A stretch of 32,000 nt of DNA from Acinetobacter wanghuae (GTDB lineage: Bacteria; Pseudomonadota; Gammaproteobacteria; Pseudomonadales; Moraxellaceae), in assembly GCF_009557235.1 (NCBI RefSeq), contig NZ_CP045650.1:720001-752000 (forward strand). Reading direction: 5' to 3'. How positions within the stretch are numbered: the stretch's first letter is position 1; each line of letters opens with the position of its first letter. Of this stretch, positions 16,572-25,765 are shown one piece after another. The position numbers and the translations under genes were made by a program. Below the pieces are notes generated by a model. It was given only the letters and a program-made list of their open reading frames with translations. It did not search any database and was not told where the DNA came from.

Positions 16572-17825
16572 ATGTCTATCGATCAACGTCCTATTTTAAT
16601 TGCTGGTGGTGGTATTGGTGGTTTTGCTGCAGCATTGGCTTTGGCGAAACAAGGTTTCACCGTTAAAGTTTTAGAGCAAGCCCCTGAAATTGGTGAAATT
16701 GGCGCGGGTATTCAGTTAGGGCCAAATGCCTTCAACGCTTTCGATGCGCTTGGTATTGGTGATCGCGCACGTGGTCGTGCAGTTTATACCGATTATATGG
16801 TCATGCATGATGCCATCGATGAATATTGTGTCGGTCGTATTGATACGGGTGAAGACTTCCTAAAACGCTTCGGCAACCCTTACGCAGTAATTCATCGTGC
16901 TGACATTCACACCTCATTGGTGGAAGGTGCACAGGAAAATGGTGATATCGAAATCATTACCGACTGTCGTATTGTTGCGGTTGATCAGGATGAAAACAGC
17001 GTGACTGTGATCGACCATAAAGGCAATAGCTACACAGGTCAGGCATTAATTGGTGCGGACGGTGTGAAATCGGTGATTCGTGAGAAATACGTGGGTGATC
17101 CAGCACTGGTCACCGGTCATGTGGTTTACCGAGCTGTTGTGCCACGCGAAGAATTCCCAGAAGATTTACAGTGGAATGCCGCAAGTATTTGGGTCGGTCC
17201 AAACTGTCACCTCGTGCATTATCCACTGCGTGGTGGTGAAGAATACAACGTGGTGGTGACGTTCCACAGTCGTGAGCAAGAAGAATGGGGCGTAAAAGAC
17301 GGCTCTAAAGAAGAAGTTTTATCTTACTTCCAAGAAATCTGTCCGAAAGCACGTCAGCTCATTGAACTGCCAAAATCATGGCGTCGTTGGGCAACTGCTG
17401 ATCGTGAACCTATTGATGTATGGAGCTATGGTCGTATTACATTATTGGGCGATGCAGCGCATCCTACGACGCAATATATGGCGCAAGGTGCATGTATGGC
17501 GATGGAAGATGCAGTAACGCTTGGTGAAGCATTACGCGTATGCGAAAAAGATATTCACAAAGCCTTTGCTTTATACCAAAAAGCGCGTGTCGCACGTACT
17601 GCTCGTATCGTATTGTCTTCACGTGAAATGGGTAAAATTTATCATGCCAAAGGCGTACAACGCATGGTGCGTAACGACTTATGGCGTAACCGTCCAAGTG
17701 AACGTTTCTACGATGCAATGGAGTGGCTGTACAGCTGGAATGTGAATAACTGTCTAAGCGCAGCAAATTACTACACGGGTCAAGCGACTGATGCAGCAGC
17801 TGAACACACAGGAGATGCCGCATGA
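16572..17825 (+). CDS. FAD-dependent aromatic monooxygenase, likely 3-hydroxybenzoate 6-hydroxylase (MhbM/XlnD-like)
   Basis: I prefer ATG 16572 with an SD site (GGAAGGA, 16559-16565) over the ORF track's GTG at 16539. The Rossmann motif ILIAGGGIGGFAAALALAKQG and the GD...LLGDAAHP motif are present. Substrate specificity is inferred from context only. Confidence 0.75.
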   Translation: MSIDQRPILIAGGGIGGFAAALALAKQGFTVKVLEQAPEIGEIGAGIQLGPNAFNAFDALGIGDRARGRAVYTDYMVMHDAIDEYCVGRIDTGEDFLKRFGNPYAVIHRADIHTSLVEGAQENGDIEIITDCRIVAVDQDENSVTVIDHKGNSYTGQALIGADGVKSVIREKYVGDPALVTGHVVYRAVVPREEFPEDLQWNAASIWVGPNCHLVHYPLRGGEEYNVVVTFHSREQEEWGVKDGSKEEVLSYFQEICPKARQLIELPKSWRRWATADREPIDVWSYGRITLLGDAAHPTTQYMAQGACMAMEDAVTLGEALRVCEKDIHKAFALYQKARVARTARIVLSSREMGKIYHAKGVQRMVRNDLWRNRPSERFYDAMEWLYSWNVNNCLSAANYYTGQATDAAAEHTGDAA

Positions 17826-18460
17826 AAATGTATGGTTTCTTCCGTAGTGGCACCTCACACCGTTTACGCATTGCCCTCAATCTTAAAGGTTTGAGCTACG
17901 AACAGGTATCGGTGTCTTTGGCTAAAAACCAACATCATGAAGATGTATTTAAGGCATTAAACCCGCAAGGTTTTGTACCGGTTTTAGAAACAGAACAAGG
18001 TGTGTTGACGCAGAGCCCTGCAATTCTAGAGTGGTTAGAAGAGGTTTATCCTGAAACTGCACTATTGCCTGAAGGTGCATTTGAAAAAGCTAGAGTACGT
18101 GCTTTAGCGGCATTGGTGGGTTGTGATATTCATCCGATCAATAACAAACGTGTACTCGAATACTTACGTAAAAACTTACAGCAAGATGAAACACACGTAT
18201 TGGCATGGTGTGCTGAATGGATTTCAAAAGGTTTTGCAGCCTTAGAAACAATTTTAGCCAAAGATACAACACGTGAAAACTTCTGCTACGGCAATACAGC
18301 AACTTTGGCGGATGTATATCTCATTCCGCAAGTGTATTCAGCAAAACGCTTCAATGTGGATTTATCCGCTTACCCAACTATTGTTTCGATTTATGAGCAC
18401 TGTATGCAATTGCCTGCCTTCCAACAGGCAGATCCTGCACAACAGTCAGATGCAATTTAA
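17822..18460 (+). CDS. Maleylpyruvate isomerase (GST zeta class)
   Basis: The N-terminus MYGFFRSGTSHRLRIALNLKGLSYE is typical of the GST-zeta/maleylacetoacetate isomerase family. The ATGA overlap with the upstream gene and the gentisate context support the call. Confidence 0.78.
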   Translation: MKMYGFFRSGTSHRLRIALNLKGLSYEQVSVSLAKNQHHEDVFKALNPQGFVPVLETEQGVLTQSPAILEWLEEVYPETALLPEGAFEKARVRALAALVGCDIHPINNKRVLEYLRKNLQQDETHVLAWCAEWISKGFAALETILAKDTTRENFCYGNTATLADVYLIPQVYSAKRFNVDLSAYPTIVSIYEHCMQLPAFQQADPAQQSDAI

Positions 18461-18496
18461 AGATTTAACCTAAGAAATTAAGACAAGGAAATAGAT

Positions 18497-19201
18497 ATGT
18501 CATTTGTTTTTGAACCCATTGAAACAGCAGCTCTCCCGATTGTAGATTCTGAGCAACAGTATCCAGTTCGTCGTGTGTACTGTGTCGGTCGTAACTATGC
18601 AGCGCATGCACGTGAAATGGGCTTCGATCCAGATCGTGAACCGCCATTCTTCTTCTGCAAACCAAATGACAAAGAATCCATTGTTGCTGTTCCTGCAAAC
18701 CAAGCGGTTGATCTTCCTTACCCAACACAAACCAATAATTACCATTATGAAATCGAATTAGTGGTTGCGATTGGTAAAGACGGTAAAGATATTTCGGTAG
18801 AAGATGCGAAAGATTACATCTTTGGTTATGCCGTTGGTCTAGATATGACACGTCGTGATTTACAAATGGGCATGCGTGAAAAAGGTCGTCCTTGGGAAAT
18901 TGGTAAAGCGTTTGATTACTCTGCACCGATTGGTCCAATTCACCCAATCGCTGCAACAGGTGAAATCAACCAAGCTGACATTCACTTAACCGTAAACGGT
19001 AAAACTGAGCAACGTAGTGACGTCAGCCACCTGATTTGGGATGTGTCAGAAACTATCGCAAACTTATCAACATTGTTTGAATTAAAAGCAGGTGATTTGA
19101 TCTTCACTGGTACACCAGAAGGTGTGGGTGCTGTGGTAAAAGGTGACGTTATGCGTGCTGAAATCGCGGGCTTAACAGGCATCACTGTAAATGTAATCTA
19201 A
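18497..19201 (+). CDS. Fumarylpyruvate hydrolase (FAH family)
   Basis: This is a 234-aa FAH-fold protein (VYCVGRNYAAHAREMG...FTGTPEGVG). An SD site (AAGGA) is present, and the gene sits in the gentisate operon. Confidence 0.78.
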   Translation: MSFVFEPIETAALPIVDSEQQYPVRRVYCVGRNYAAHAREMGFDPDREPPFFFCKPNDKESIVAVPANQAVDLPYPTQTNNYHYEIELVVAIGKDGKDISVEDAKDYIFGYAVGLDMTRRDLQMGMREKGRPWEIGKAFDYSAPIGPIHPIAATGEINQADIHLTVNGKTEQRSDVSHLIWDVSETIANLSTLFELKAGDLIFTGTPEGVGAVVKGDVMRAEIAGLTGITVNVI

Positions 19202-19305
19202 CATTTACATCATCAAAGATGGCTGAACAATCAAAACAATAAGCCATCTTTGATTGCTAAGTAATGCAAAGACGTAGGGATACGTTTTTTTCATGAGGGT
19301 ATCGT

Positions 19306-20661
19306 ATGTCTCAAATTCAAAATACCGTTGATGTGCAGAGTTTCATTGATGGTAATCCACTCTCACGCGCTCAAAAAATGATTATGTGGCTGTGTTTTAT
19401 CATTGTCGCCATTGATGGTTTTGATACCGCAGCCGTTGGTTTTATTGCACCAGCGCTAAAAGCTGAATGGGCGCTTGAAGCAACAGGGCTCGCGCCACTG
19501 TTTGGTGCGGGCTTATTTGGTTTAATGGCGGGTGCTTTATTCTTCGGTCCATTAGCAGATAAGTTCGGTCGAAAAACCATTTTAATCGGTTCGATTTTAG
19601 TGTTTGGTTTTGCCAGTGTCATTGCAGCCTACAGCTCAGATATGAATTCACTGATTATTTGGCGTTTTATCACTGGGTTAGGGCTAGGCGGCGCAATGCC
19701 AAATGCGATTACATTAACCTCTGAATATAGTCCGACACGCCGTCGTTCTAATTTAGTGACGTTAATGTTCTGTGGCTTTACCATTGGTTCGGCATTAGGT
19801 GGAATTCTATCCGCACAGTTATTACCGACGGTCGGGTGGCGAGGGATTTTGCTGATTGGTGGTATTGCACCCTTAGCGACCATTCCTTTTTTGATGATAT
19901 TCCTTCCTGAATCTTTACGTTTCTTGGTCTTAAAAAACAGAGCCAAAGAGAAGATTGATAAAATTGTCCGCTCGATTGCACCACATGTAAAAACTGTTCC
20001 TCATTTGGTTCCAACACAGAATGAAACCAATAATGCGGGGATTCGTGATTTATTTAGTCGTCAATATGCGCTCGGTACATTCTTAATTTGGTGTACTTTC
20101 TTCATGAGTTTGTTGATTATCTATCTCATTTCGAGCTGGATGCCAACGATGCTGACCAATCACGGCTTTAACCTTGAAAATGCCTCATGGGTGACTTCAG
20201 TCTTCCAAATTGGCGGCACGATCGGTGCAATTGTGATTGGTTACTTAATGGATAAGAAAGATGCAACCAAAGTACTGAGCATTGCTTATGTATTAGGTGC
20301 AGTTTTCCTTGTCTGCCTTGGTTTTGGTATCGAAAATGCCATGATGCCATTACTGTTGTTGGGTATGTTTGGTGTCGGTGTGGGGATTAGTGGCTCACAA
20401 GTGGGTGTTAATGCATTCTCTTCTAGCTTCTATCCAACGCATTGCCGTGCGACGGGTGTAAGTTGGGCGAATGCTGTGGGTCGTTCAGGTTCTGTGGTGG
20501 GTTCAATTATTGGTGGTTGGTTAATGTCATTAAACCTATCAACCTTTGAGATCTTGTCGCTATTGGCTATCCCTGCCGTTTTTGCAGCCTTTGCACTGTT
20601 CATGATTAAACGCATGAAGCAAAAAGCCGCACAATCGACTTATGCAGTTGCTGAGTCTTAA
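19306..20661 (+). CDS. MFS aromatic acid:H+ symporter (PcaK/MhbT/GenK-like)
   Basis: The protein is 451 aa with about 12 hydrophobic segments and the MFS motif GPLADKFGRK. It is the last gene of the gentisate operon. Confidence 0.85.
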   Translation: MSQIQNTVDVQSFIDGNPLSRAQKMIMWLCFIIVAIDGFDTAAVGFIAPALKAEWALEATGLAPLFGAGLFGLMAGALFFGPLADKFGRKTILIGSILVFGFASVIAAYSSDMNSLIIWRFITGLGLGGAMPNAITLTSEYSPTRRRSNLVTLMFCGFTIGSALGGILSAQLLPTVGWRGILLIGGIAPLATIPFLMIFLPESLRFLVLKNRAKEKIDKIVRSIAPHVKTVPHLVPTQNETNNAGIRDLFSRQYALGTFLIWCTFFMSLLIIYLISSWMPTMLTNHGFNLENASWVTSVFQIGGTIGAIVIGYLMDKKDATKVLSIAYVLGAVFLVCLGFGIENAMMPLLLLGMFGVGVGISGSQVGVNAFSSSFYPTHCRATGVSWANAVGRSGSVVGSIIGGWLMSLNLSTFEILSLLAIPAVFAAFALFMIKRMKQKAAQSTYAVAES

Positions 20662-20687
20662 TTAGAAAAAATAGCATCATGAATCAT

Positions 20688-20716
20688 AAAAAGTTGGGCG
20701 ATATGCCCAACTTTTT
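20688..20716 (+). terminator. Intrinsic terminator after the MFS gene
   Basis: The sequence is AAAAAGTTGGGC-GATAT-GCCCAACTTTTT: a perfect 7-bp GC-containing core stem extended by A:T pairs, with a T run. Confidence 0.7.
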
Positions 20717-20899
20717 ACATTTGAATAATAACGTTTTAAGCTCTCTTTTCTTCGTTTTTTTAATTCCATATTTTTAATTTTTATTGAGTAATTGAAGTGT
20801 TGAATCTTATCTAAATAAAGACACGAATATTTCAAACGCTTTGGAATAAATTATTGAGGAAAGATAGAGCATTTTTGAATGATGAAAGAACTCTGTCTT

Positions 20900-20929
20900 A
20901 AAAAAGCACTGAATATTCAGTGCTTTTTC
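20900..20929 (-). terminator. Bidirectional-type intrinsic terminator after the PcaC-like gene
   Basis: The sequence AAAAAGCACTGAATATTCAGTGCTTTTT has a perfect stem with A and T runs on both sides. Confidence 0.7.
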
Positions 20930-20941
20930 AATATATGCAAC

Positions 20942-21328
20942 TTACTTATTTTGCTCATAATCTTGAATCACTTCAAGCGCAGCACGAAACGCTTCTTGAG
21001 TTGCAGGCGCACCGCAGTACGGTAGGCTATGCAGTAACACTTCCTGAATTTCTTCAACCGTCGCACCATTATTCAGTGCACCACGTACATGTCCCTTGAG
21101 TTCTGTTGGGCTTTTTTGCGCGGTTAAAAAAGCAATGGTAATCAGTGAGCGGTATTTGCGTGGTAATACACCTTCACGTTGCCACGTTGAGCCCCAAGCA
21201 TGTTCATTAATCCAATTTTGCAAAGGCTCAGTAAAAGGCACAGTATTGTCTTGTGCACGTTTCACAAAACTTTCGCCCATGACTTCCTTACGTACTTTTA
21301 GTCCATTTTCAAAATCTTGTTGTGACAT
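20942..21328 (-). CDS. Carboxymuconolactone decarboxylase-family protein (PcaC-like)
   Basis: The protein is 128 aa. NEHAWGSTWQREGVLPRKYRSLITIAFLTA...LHSLPYCGAP is typical of the CMD family. Confidence 0.8.
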   Translation of the reverse strand: MSQQDFENGLKVRKEVMGESFVKRAQDNTVPFTEPLQNWINEHAWGSTWQREGVLPRKYRSLITIAFLTAQKSPTELKGHVRGALNNGATVEEIQEVLLHSLPYCGAPATQEAFRAALEVIQDYEQNK

Positions 21329-21472
21329 AGTTTAACCCTCTAAGATGTTCATTATTATTGGTAGTGATTATCTCAGTTTTGGCTGAAAAAATGATTTATC
21401 CTTTAGCCTTAATCGATCCGTTCGAAACGTCAAATTTCATATTTAAAAGTAGCGATGTAAATATTAAGGTGT

Positions 21473-21497
21473 AAAAAAGCAGCCTAAGCTGCTTTTT
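21473..21497 (-). terminator. Intrinsic terminator after scoB
   Basis: The sequence is AAAAAAGCAGC-CTAA-GCTGCTTTTT. Confidence 0.65.
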
Positions 21498-21509
21498 AAA
21501 ATACACGAA

Positions 21510-22157
21510 TTAAACTGCGACAAGGTCAGTGGTAATCAACTCAACACCTGATGCCGCTTGAATTTGTTCAAGAGTGACATCTTTTGCAAGCTCAATCACT
21601 TTCACGCCTTCGGCAGTAATGTCCATGACGCCAAGTTCAGTAATGATACGATTTACGACGCCTTGACCTGTAAGTGGTAGAGCACAGTTTTTCACAACTT
21701 TTGGACTGCCGTCTTTTGCCGCATGTTCCATCAGTACCACGACTTTTTGCACACCTGCAACCAAGTCCATTGCACCGCCCATGCCTTTGACTTTTTTACC
21801 TGGAATCATCCAGTTGGCAAGGTCGCCCTTTTCAGACACTTCCATCGCCCCTAAAATCGCAATATTGACATGACCACCACGGATCATGGCAAATGATTCA
21901 GAGCTCGAAAAAAATACTGCGCCTTTACGTGCAGTCACGGTTTGTTTACCTGCATTGATCAAGTCAGCATCAACAGTTTCAGCCGTTGGAAATTCATCAA
22001 TACCGAGTAGACCATTTTCAGACTGTAGCCATACATTGATATTTTCCGGAATATAGTTGGCAACCAGTGTCGGTAAACCAATCCCGAGATTCACATAGAA
22101 ACCATCTTCAAGTTCAAGCGCGGCACGTTGTGCCATTTCATTGCGTGTCCAAGCCAT
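21510..22157 (-). CDS. scoB: Succinyl-CoA:3-ketoacid CoA-transferase subunit B
   Basis: The protein is 215 aa. ENGLLG and [31 protein letters not shown] (catalytic Glu region) are typical of family I CoA-transferase beta subunits. Confidence 0.82.
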   Translation of the reverse strand: MAWTRNEMAQRAALELEDGFYVNLGIGLPTLVANYIPENINVWLQSENGLLGIDEFPTAETVDADLINAGKQTVTARKGAVFFSSSESFAMIRGGHVNIAILGAMEVSEKGDLANWMIPGKKVKGMGGAMDLVAGVQKVVVLMEHAAKDGSPKVVKNCALPLTGQGVVNRIITELGVMDITAEGVKVIELAKDVTLEQIQAASGVELITTDLVAV

Positions 22158-22160
22158 GAT

Positions 22161-22862
22161 TTATGCCTCCGCCTTTAACGTCATTTGTTCAATACGCTTT
22201 TCAGGTGTTGCATTCAAGACAATACGATTGACATAAATACCGGGTAAATGGATGTCGTCAGGATCGATCTCACCAATTTCAACCACTTGCTCCACTTCAA
22301 CCACAGTGAACTTGCCTGCAACAGCGCATTCAGGATTAAAGTTGCGTGCCGTTTTACGGAACACTAAATTACCCGCTTTATCCGCTTTATAGGCTTTTAC
22401 CAAAGCCACATCAGCGGTTAAGGTATTCTCGAGAATATATTCTTTACCATCAAAAATACGACTTTCTTTACCTTCGGCAATAAGTGTACCCACACCTGTT
22501 TGGGTGTAGAACGCAGGAATGCCTGCACCGCCTGAGCGAAGCTTTTCAGCCAAAGTCCCTTGAGGGGTCAGTTCAACTTCAAGTTCACCGCTTAAGTATT
22601 GGCGTTCAAATTCTTTGTTTTCACCGACATACGATGAAATCATTTTTTTGATTTGCTTGGTTTGCAGTAATTTACCCAAACCAAAATCATCGACACCGGC
22701 ATTGTTGGAAATACAGGTGAGGTTTTTAACGCCTGTGTCTTTTAGAGCGTCAATCAAGGCTTCTGGAATACCGCATAAACCAAAACCGCCTACTGCGAGT
22801 GTTTGACCATCGGCAACAATGCCTTCAAGTGCTTCATTTGCACTTGCAACCAATTTATTCAC
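22161..22862 (-). CDS. scoA: Succinyl-CoA:3-ketoacid CoA-transferase subunit A
   Basis: The protein is 233 aa. [19 protein letters not shown]...[12 protein letters not shown]...[31 protein letters not shown] matches ScoA-type rather than PcaI-type alpha subunits, as far as I recall those families. Confidence 0.82.
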   Translation of the reverse strand: MNKLVASANEALEGIVADGQTLAVGGFGLCGIPEALIDALKDTGVKNLTCISNNAGVDDFGLGKLLQTKQIKKMISSYVGENKEFERQYLSGELEVELTPQGTLAEKLRSGGAGIPAFYTQTGVGTLIAEGKESRIFDGKEYILENTLTADVALVKAYKADKAGNLVFRKTARNFNPECAVAGKFTVVEVEQVVEIGEIDPDDIHLPGIYVNRIVLNATPEKRIEQMTLKAEA

Positions 22863-22879
22863 GTGTTTAATCCTTTAAA

Positions 22880-23455
22880 TTAGTGATCAATTTTTGCATC
22901 TGCTGAATTGTTTTCTAATTCATCCGCATGTAAGAAATGCGTGTGATGTGGGGCACGTTTGGTCTTCGACCATTCAGCCAACATTTCATGCTTCATTTCT
23001 TCAGTGATCATGGCAATTTTTTCAGGTGCTTTTTCATCATCATATGCGAGTTCTAAGCGGTGACCGTTTGGATCGAAGAAGTAAATGGAATGGAAGATGC
23101 CGTGGTTAGTAATGCCCAATACATCCACACCGTTTTCTTCTAAATGCGCTTTCGCTTCGATTAAAGCGGCACGGTCTTTCACTTTGAGCGCAATGTGTTG
23201 TACCCATTTTGGCGTGTTTTCATCACGACCCATTTCAGGTTGGGTTGGCAGTTCAAAGAATGCCAAAACATTGCCATTACCTGCATCTAAAAACAAATGC
23301 ATGTATGGATCAAACGCTTTCGTCGATGGCACATGGTCTTCAGCAAAAGCCAAAATGAAGTCCATGTTTAAATTCTTTTTGTACCAATCCACTGTTTCTT
23401 TTGCATCTTTACAGCGGTATGCAACGTGGTGAATTTTTTCAATTTGTATAGCCAT
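22880..23455 (-). CDS. VOC (glyoxalase/extradiol dioxygenase) superfamily protein, 191 aa
   Basis: I prefer ATG 23455 (MAIQIEKIHHVAYRC) with AAGGA upstream. The ORF track's longer start at 23536 would overlap maiA. Putative metal ligands are HHVAY, HIALKV and HRLELA. Confidence 0.8.
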   Translation of the reverse strand: MAIQIEKIHHVAYRCKDAKETVDWYKKNLNMDFILAFAEDHVPSTKAFDPYMHLFLDAGNGNVLAFFELPTQPEMGRDENTPKWVQHIALKVKDRAALIEAKAHLEENGVDVLGITNHGIFHSIYFFDPNGHRLELAYDDEKAPEKIAMITEEMKHEMLAEWSKTKRAPHHTHFLHADELENNSADAKIDH

Positions 23456-23475
23456 TTTAATATCCTTATTTTGAA

Positions 23476-24114
23476 TTATTTCGCTTCTTGCTGGGCTTCT
23501 GGTGCAGCGTTTTGGAACGCTGCTAAGGTGTTGCAATGTTGATAAATCGAGGTAATTTTTGGATATGCTGATAAATCAATATTAAAACGTAGGGCGTTGT
23601 AGACTTGGGGAATTAGGCAGCAATCGGCAATAGTCGCTTGGTCGCCAAAGCAGAATTTGCCATTTGATTCTGCAAGTAAGGCTTCTAATGTTTTAAAGCC
23701 TGTTTCAACCCAATGCTTGTACCACTCGGTCTTTTGCTCATCAGTCACGTTTAATGTGCCCGTGAGATATTGCAAAACACGTAAGTTATTTAGAGGGTGA
23801 ATATCGCAAGCAATTGCAAGGCTAAATGCACGAACCAACGCACGTTGCTGAGCACCCTGTGGCAATAACGCCACCTCAGGATATTGTTCATCTAAGTATT
23901 CAAGAATGCTGAGTGATTGACTTAAGTTAAAATCATCTTCAACGAAAGTTGGCACAAGCTCAGATGGATTCATTGCTTTATATGCTTCGCTGTGCTGCTC
24001 GCCACCGTTATTGACCAAATGCACAGGAATAAGCTCTGTATTTAAGCCTTTTAAGTTCAGTGCAATGCGTACACGATACGCGGCTGAACTTCGGAAGTAG
24101 GTATACAGTTGCAT
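23476..24114 (-). CDS. maiA: Maleylacetoacetate isomerase (GST zeta)
   Basis: MQLYTYFRSSAAYRVRIALNLKGL is characteristic, and the gene lies directly downstream of fumarylacetoacetase. Confidence 0.85.
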   Translation of the reverse strand: MQLYTYFRSSAAYRVRIALNLKGLNTELIPVHLVNNGGEQHSEAYKAMNPSELVPTFVEDDFNLSQSLSILEYLDEQYPEVALLPQGAQQRALVRAFSLAIACDIHPLNNLRVLQYLTGTLNVTDEQKTEWYKHWVETGFKTLEALLAESNGKFCFGDQATIADCCLIPQVYNALRFNIDLSAYPKITSIYQHCNTLAAFQNAAPEAQQEAK

Positions 24115-24126
24115 GCTTTAATTTCC

Positions 24127-25416
24127 TTATGATTGGAAATCAAATTGAACTGCAGGCAAAATTTTACCTGTCACTTCACCAAAGCCGATACGTAAACCGT
24201 CTTTTTCACAATGACCTTTCATAATCAACGTATCGCCATCTTGCATGAAGGTACGTTGTTCACCATTTGAAAGTGTGAGTGGCTTGGTTGCATTCCATGT
24301 GATCTCAAGTAATGAGCCATACGAATTTGGTGTAGGACCTGAAATCGTTCCTGAACCCATCAAATCACCGACTTGTACATTACAGCCCGCAATGGTGTGA
24401 TGCGTCAGTTGTTGTGCCATCGACCAATACATGTATTTGAAGTTGGTTTCACAAATCACATCTGCTTGTTCCGCATTTTCAGCTTGAATCTCAACAGATA
24501 AGTTGATGTCGTAGCTATTTGCCGCATGATCTTCGCGTAGGTAAGCCAATGGTTGTGGTTCTTGCACAGGTGAGCTTGTTTTGAATGGCTCAAGCGCTTC
24601 TAAAGTCACAATCCATGGTGAGATTGAAGAGGCAAAGGTTTTTGCATTGAACGGACCAAGAGGTACGTATTCCCATTGTTGTAAATCACGTGCCGACCAG
24701 TCATTGAATAGCACCATACCGAAGATATGATCCCATGCATTTTCAATCGAAATTGGTTCGCCCAATTTATTGGGTTTACCCACGATGAAACCTGTTTCTA
24801 ATTCGAAATCAAGTTTACGACAAGCTGAAAATTGCGGACGCTCTTCATTCGGCAGTTTGATCTGACCTGAAGGGCGAACGATGTCTGTACCGCTCACAAT
24901 CACAGAACTTGCGCGGCCGTTATAACCCACTGGAAGTTCTGACCAATTTGCAAGCAGTGCATTTTTAGGGTCACGGAACATGCAGCCCACGTTGGTCGCG
25001 TGTTCTTTAGACGAATAGAAATCGGTATATCCCGGAACGTGTACAGGCAAATGTAAGGTTACATCCGCTTGCTTAAAAAATACTTGCTCACGCAGTGCAG
25101 TATTGTCACGTAATTCAGCATTGTCCGCTGAAAGTAAGCGTTGTAATTCCGCACGAACTTTCGACCAGTTGGCTTTACCTGAATCAATAAACTTATTCAA
25201 AATCGCTTGATTAAAAAATGTTTCGCCTGCTTGCAGGGCTAAATAACCATTTGCTTCCAAAGCTGCAAGGTCAACCACCCATTCACCCAATGCCACACCG
25301 ATACGACGCTCGCCATCTTTTGATGTGCTAAATACACCAAAGGGTAAGTTCTGAATTGGAAAATCTGAATCTTGAGCAACCTCAATAAACGATTTTAATT
25401 GGCTAGTCATTTCCAT
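24127..25416 (-). CDS. fahA: Fumarylacetoacetase
   Basis: This is a 429-aa long-form FAH with the N-terminal domain (FPIQNLPFGVFS) and the C-terminal catalytic fold (GDLMGSGTISG). Confidence 0.9.
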   Translation of the reverse strand: MEMTSQLKSFIEVAQDSDFPIQNLPFGVFSTSKDGERRIGVALGEWVVDLAALEANGYLALQAGETFFNQAILNKFIDSGKANWSKVRAELQRLLSADNAELRDNTALREQVFFKQADVTLHLPVHVPGYTDFYSSKEHATNVGCMFRDPKNALLANWSELPVGYNGRASSVIVSGTDIVRPSGQIKLPNEERPQFSACRKLDFELETGFIVGKPNKLGEPISIENAWDHIFGMVLFNDWSARDLQQWEYVPLGPFNAKTFASSISPWIVTLEALEPFKTSSPVQEPQPLAYLREDHAANSYDINLSVEIQAENAEQADVICETNFKYMYWSMAQQLTHHTIAGCNVQVGDLMGSGTISGPTPNSYGSLLEITWNATKPLTLSNGEQRTFMQDGDTLIMKGHCEKDGLRIGFGEVTGKILPAVQFDFQS

Positions 25417-25610
25417 GTTCCTTATGTAAAACCGTGGGTTTTATGTCAACCCAGTCATAAAATTTCAGCAAAATCAGGCTTAAATCGCGCATGAATTTGA
25501 AATAAAAATATGCATAAACAGTTGCTTATATATTTTTATAAAAATTCATTCATCTTGTGTCTAAGACCTATTGATTTTTAGGATTAATCTCATCATACTG
25601 ATTTTCACAA

Positions 25611-25648
25611 ATTACGCAATACATAAATTGATTACGTAATTCGTAAAT
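25611..25648. promoter_or_regulatory. Repeated ATTACG(C/T)AAT boxes; candidate IclR/HmgR-type operator
   Basis: The boxes are ATTACGCAAT (25611-25620), the perfect palindrome ATTACGTAAT (25631-25640), and an overlapping TTCGTAAAT. All lie in the divergent fahA/iclR intergenic region. Confidence 0.35.
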
Positions 25649-25765
25649 TAATGCGATTGTGATCAGGTTTCTAAAGTATTCTCGACACATCTACTGGCTT
25701 TGATTCTTGGTAATGAACTGGCTTCGAGTAGAATACGAGTCAATTGAAATGAGAGTTGTCGACGA

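Noticed and set aside
17464-18956. Minus-strand ORFs of 138 aa (17464-17880) and 163 aa (18465-18956), plus smaller ones, opposite the gentisate operon
   Set aside because: They are antisense to genes with strong family signatures. Their translations are Cys/His/Arg-rich nonsense typical of the reverse frame of GC-richer genes.
19371-20615. Five minus-strand ORFs opposite the MFS transporter gene
   Set aside because: They are antisense to a clear 12-TM MFS gene, and the Pro/Ala/Asn-rich translations are reverse-frame artefacts.
23456-23536. Extended start (23536) for the VOC gene
   Set aside because: It would overlap the 3' end of maiA by 61 nt. The internal ATG 23455 has AAGGA upstream and begins right at the first beta-strand of the VOC fold.
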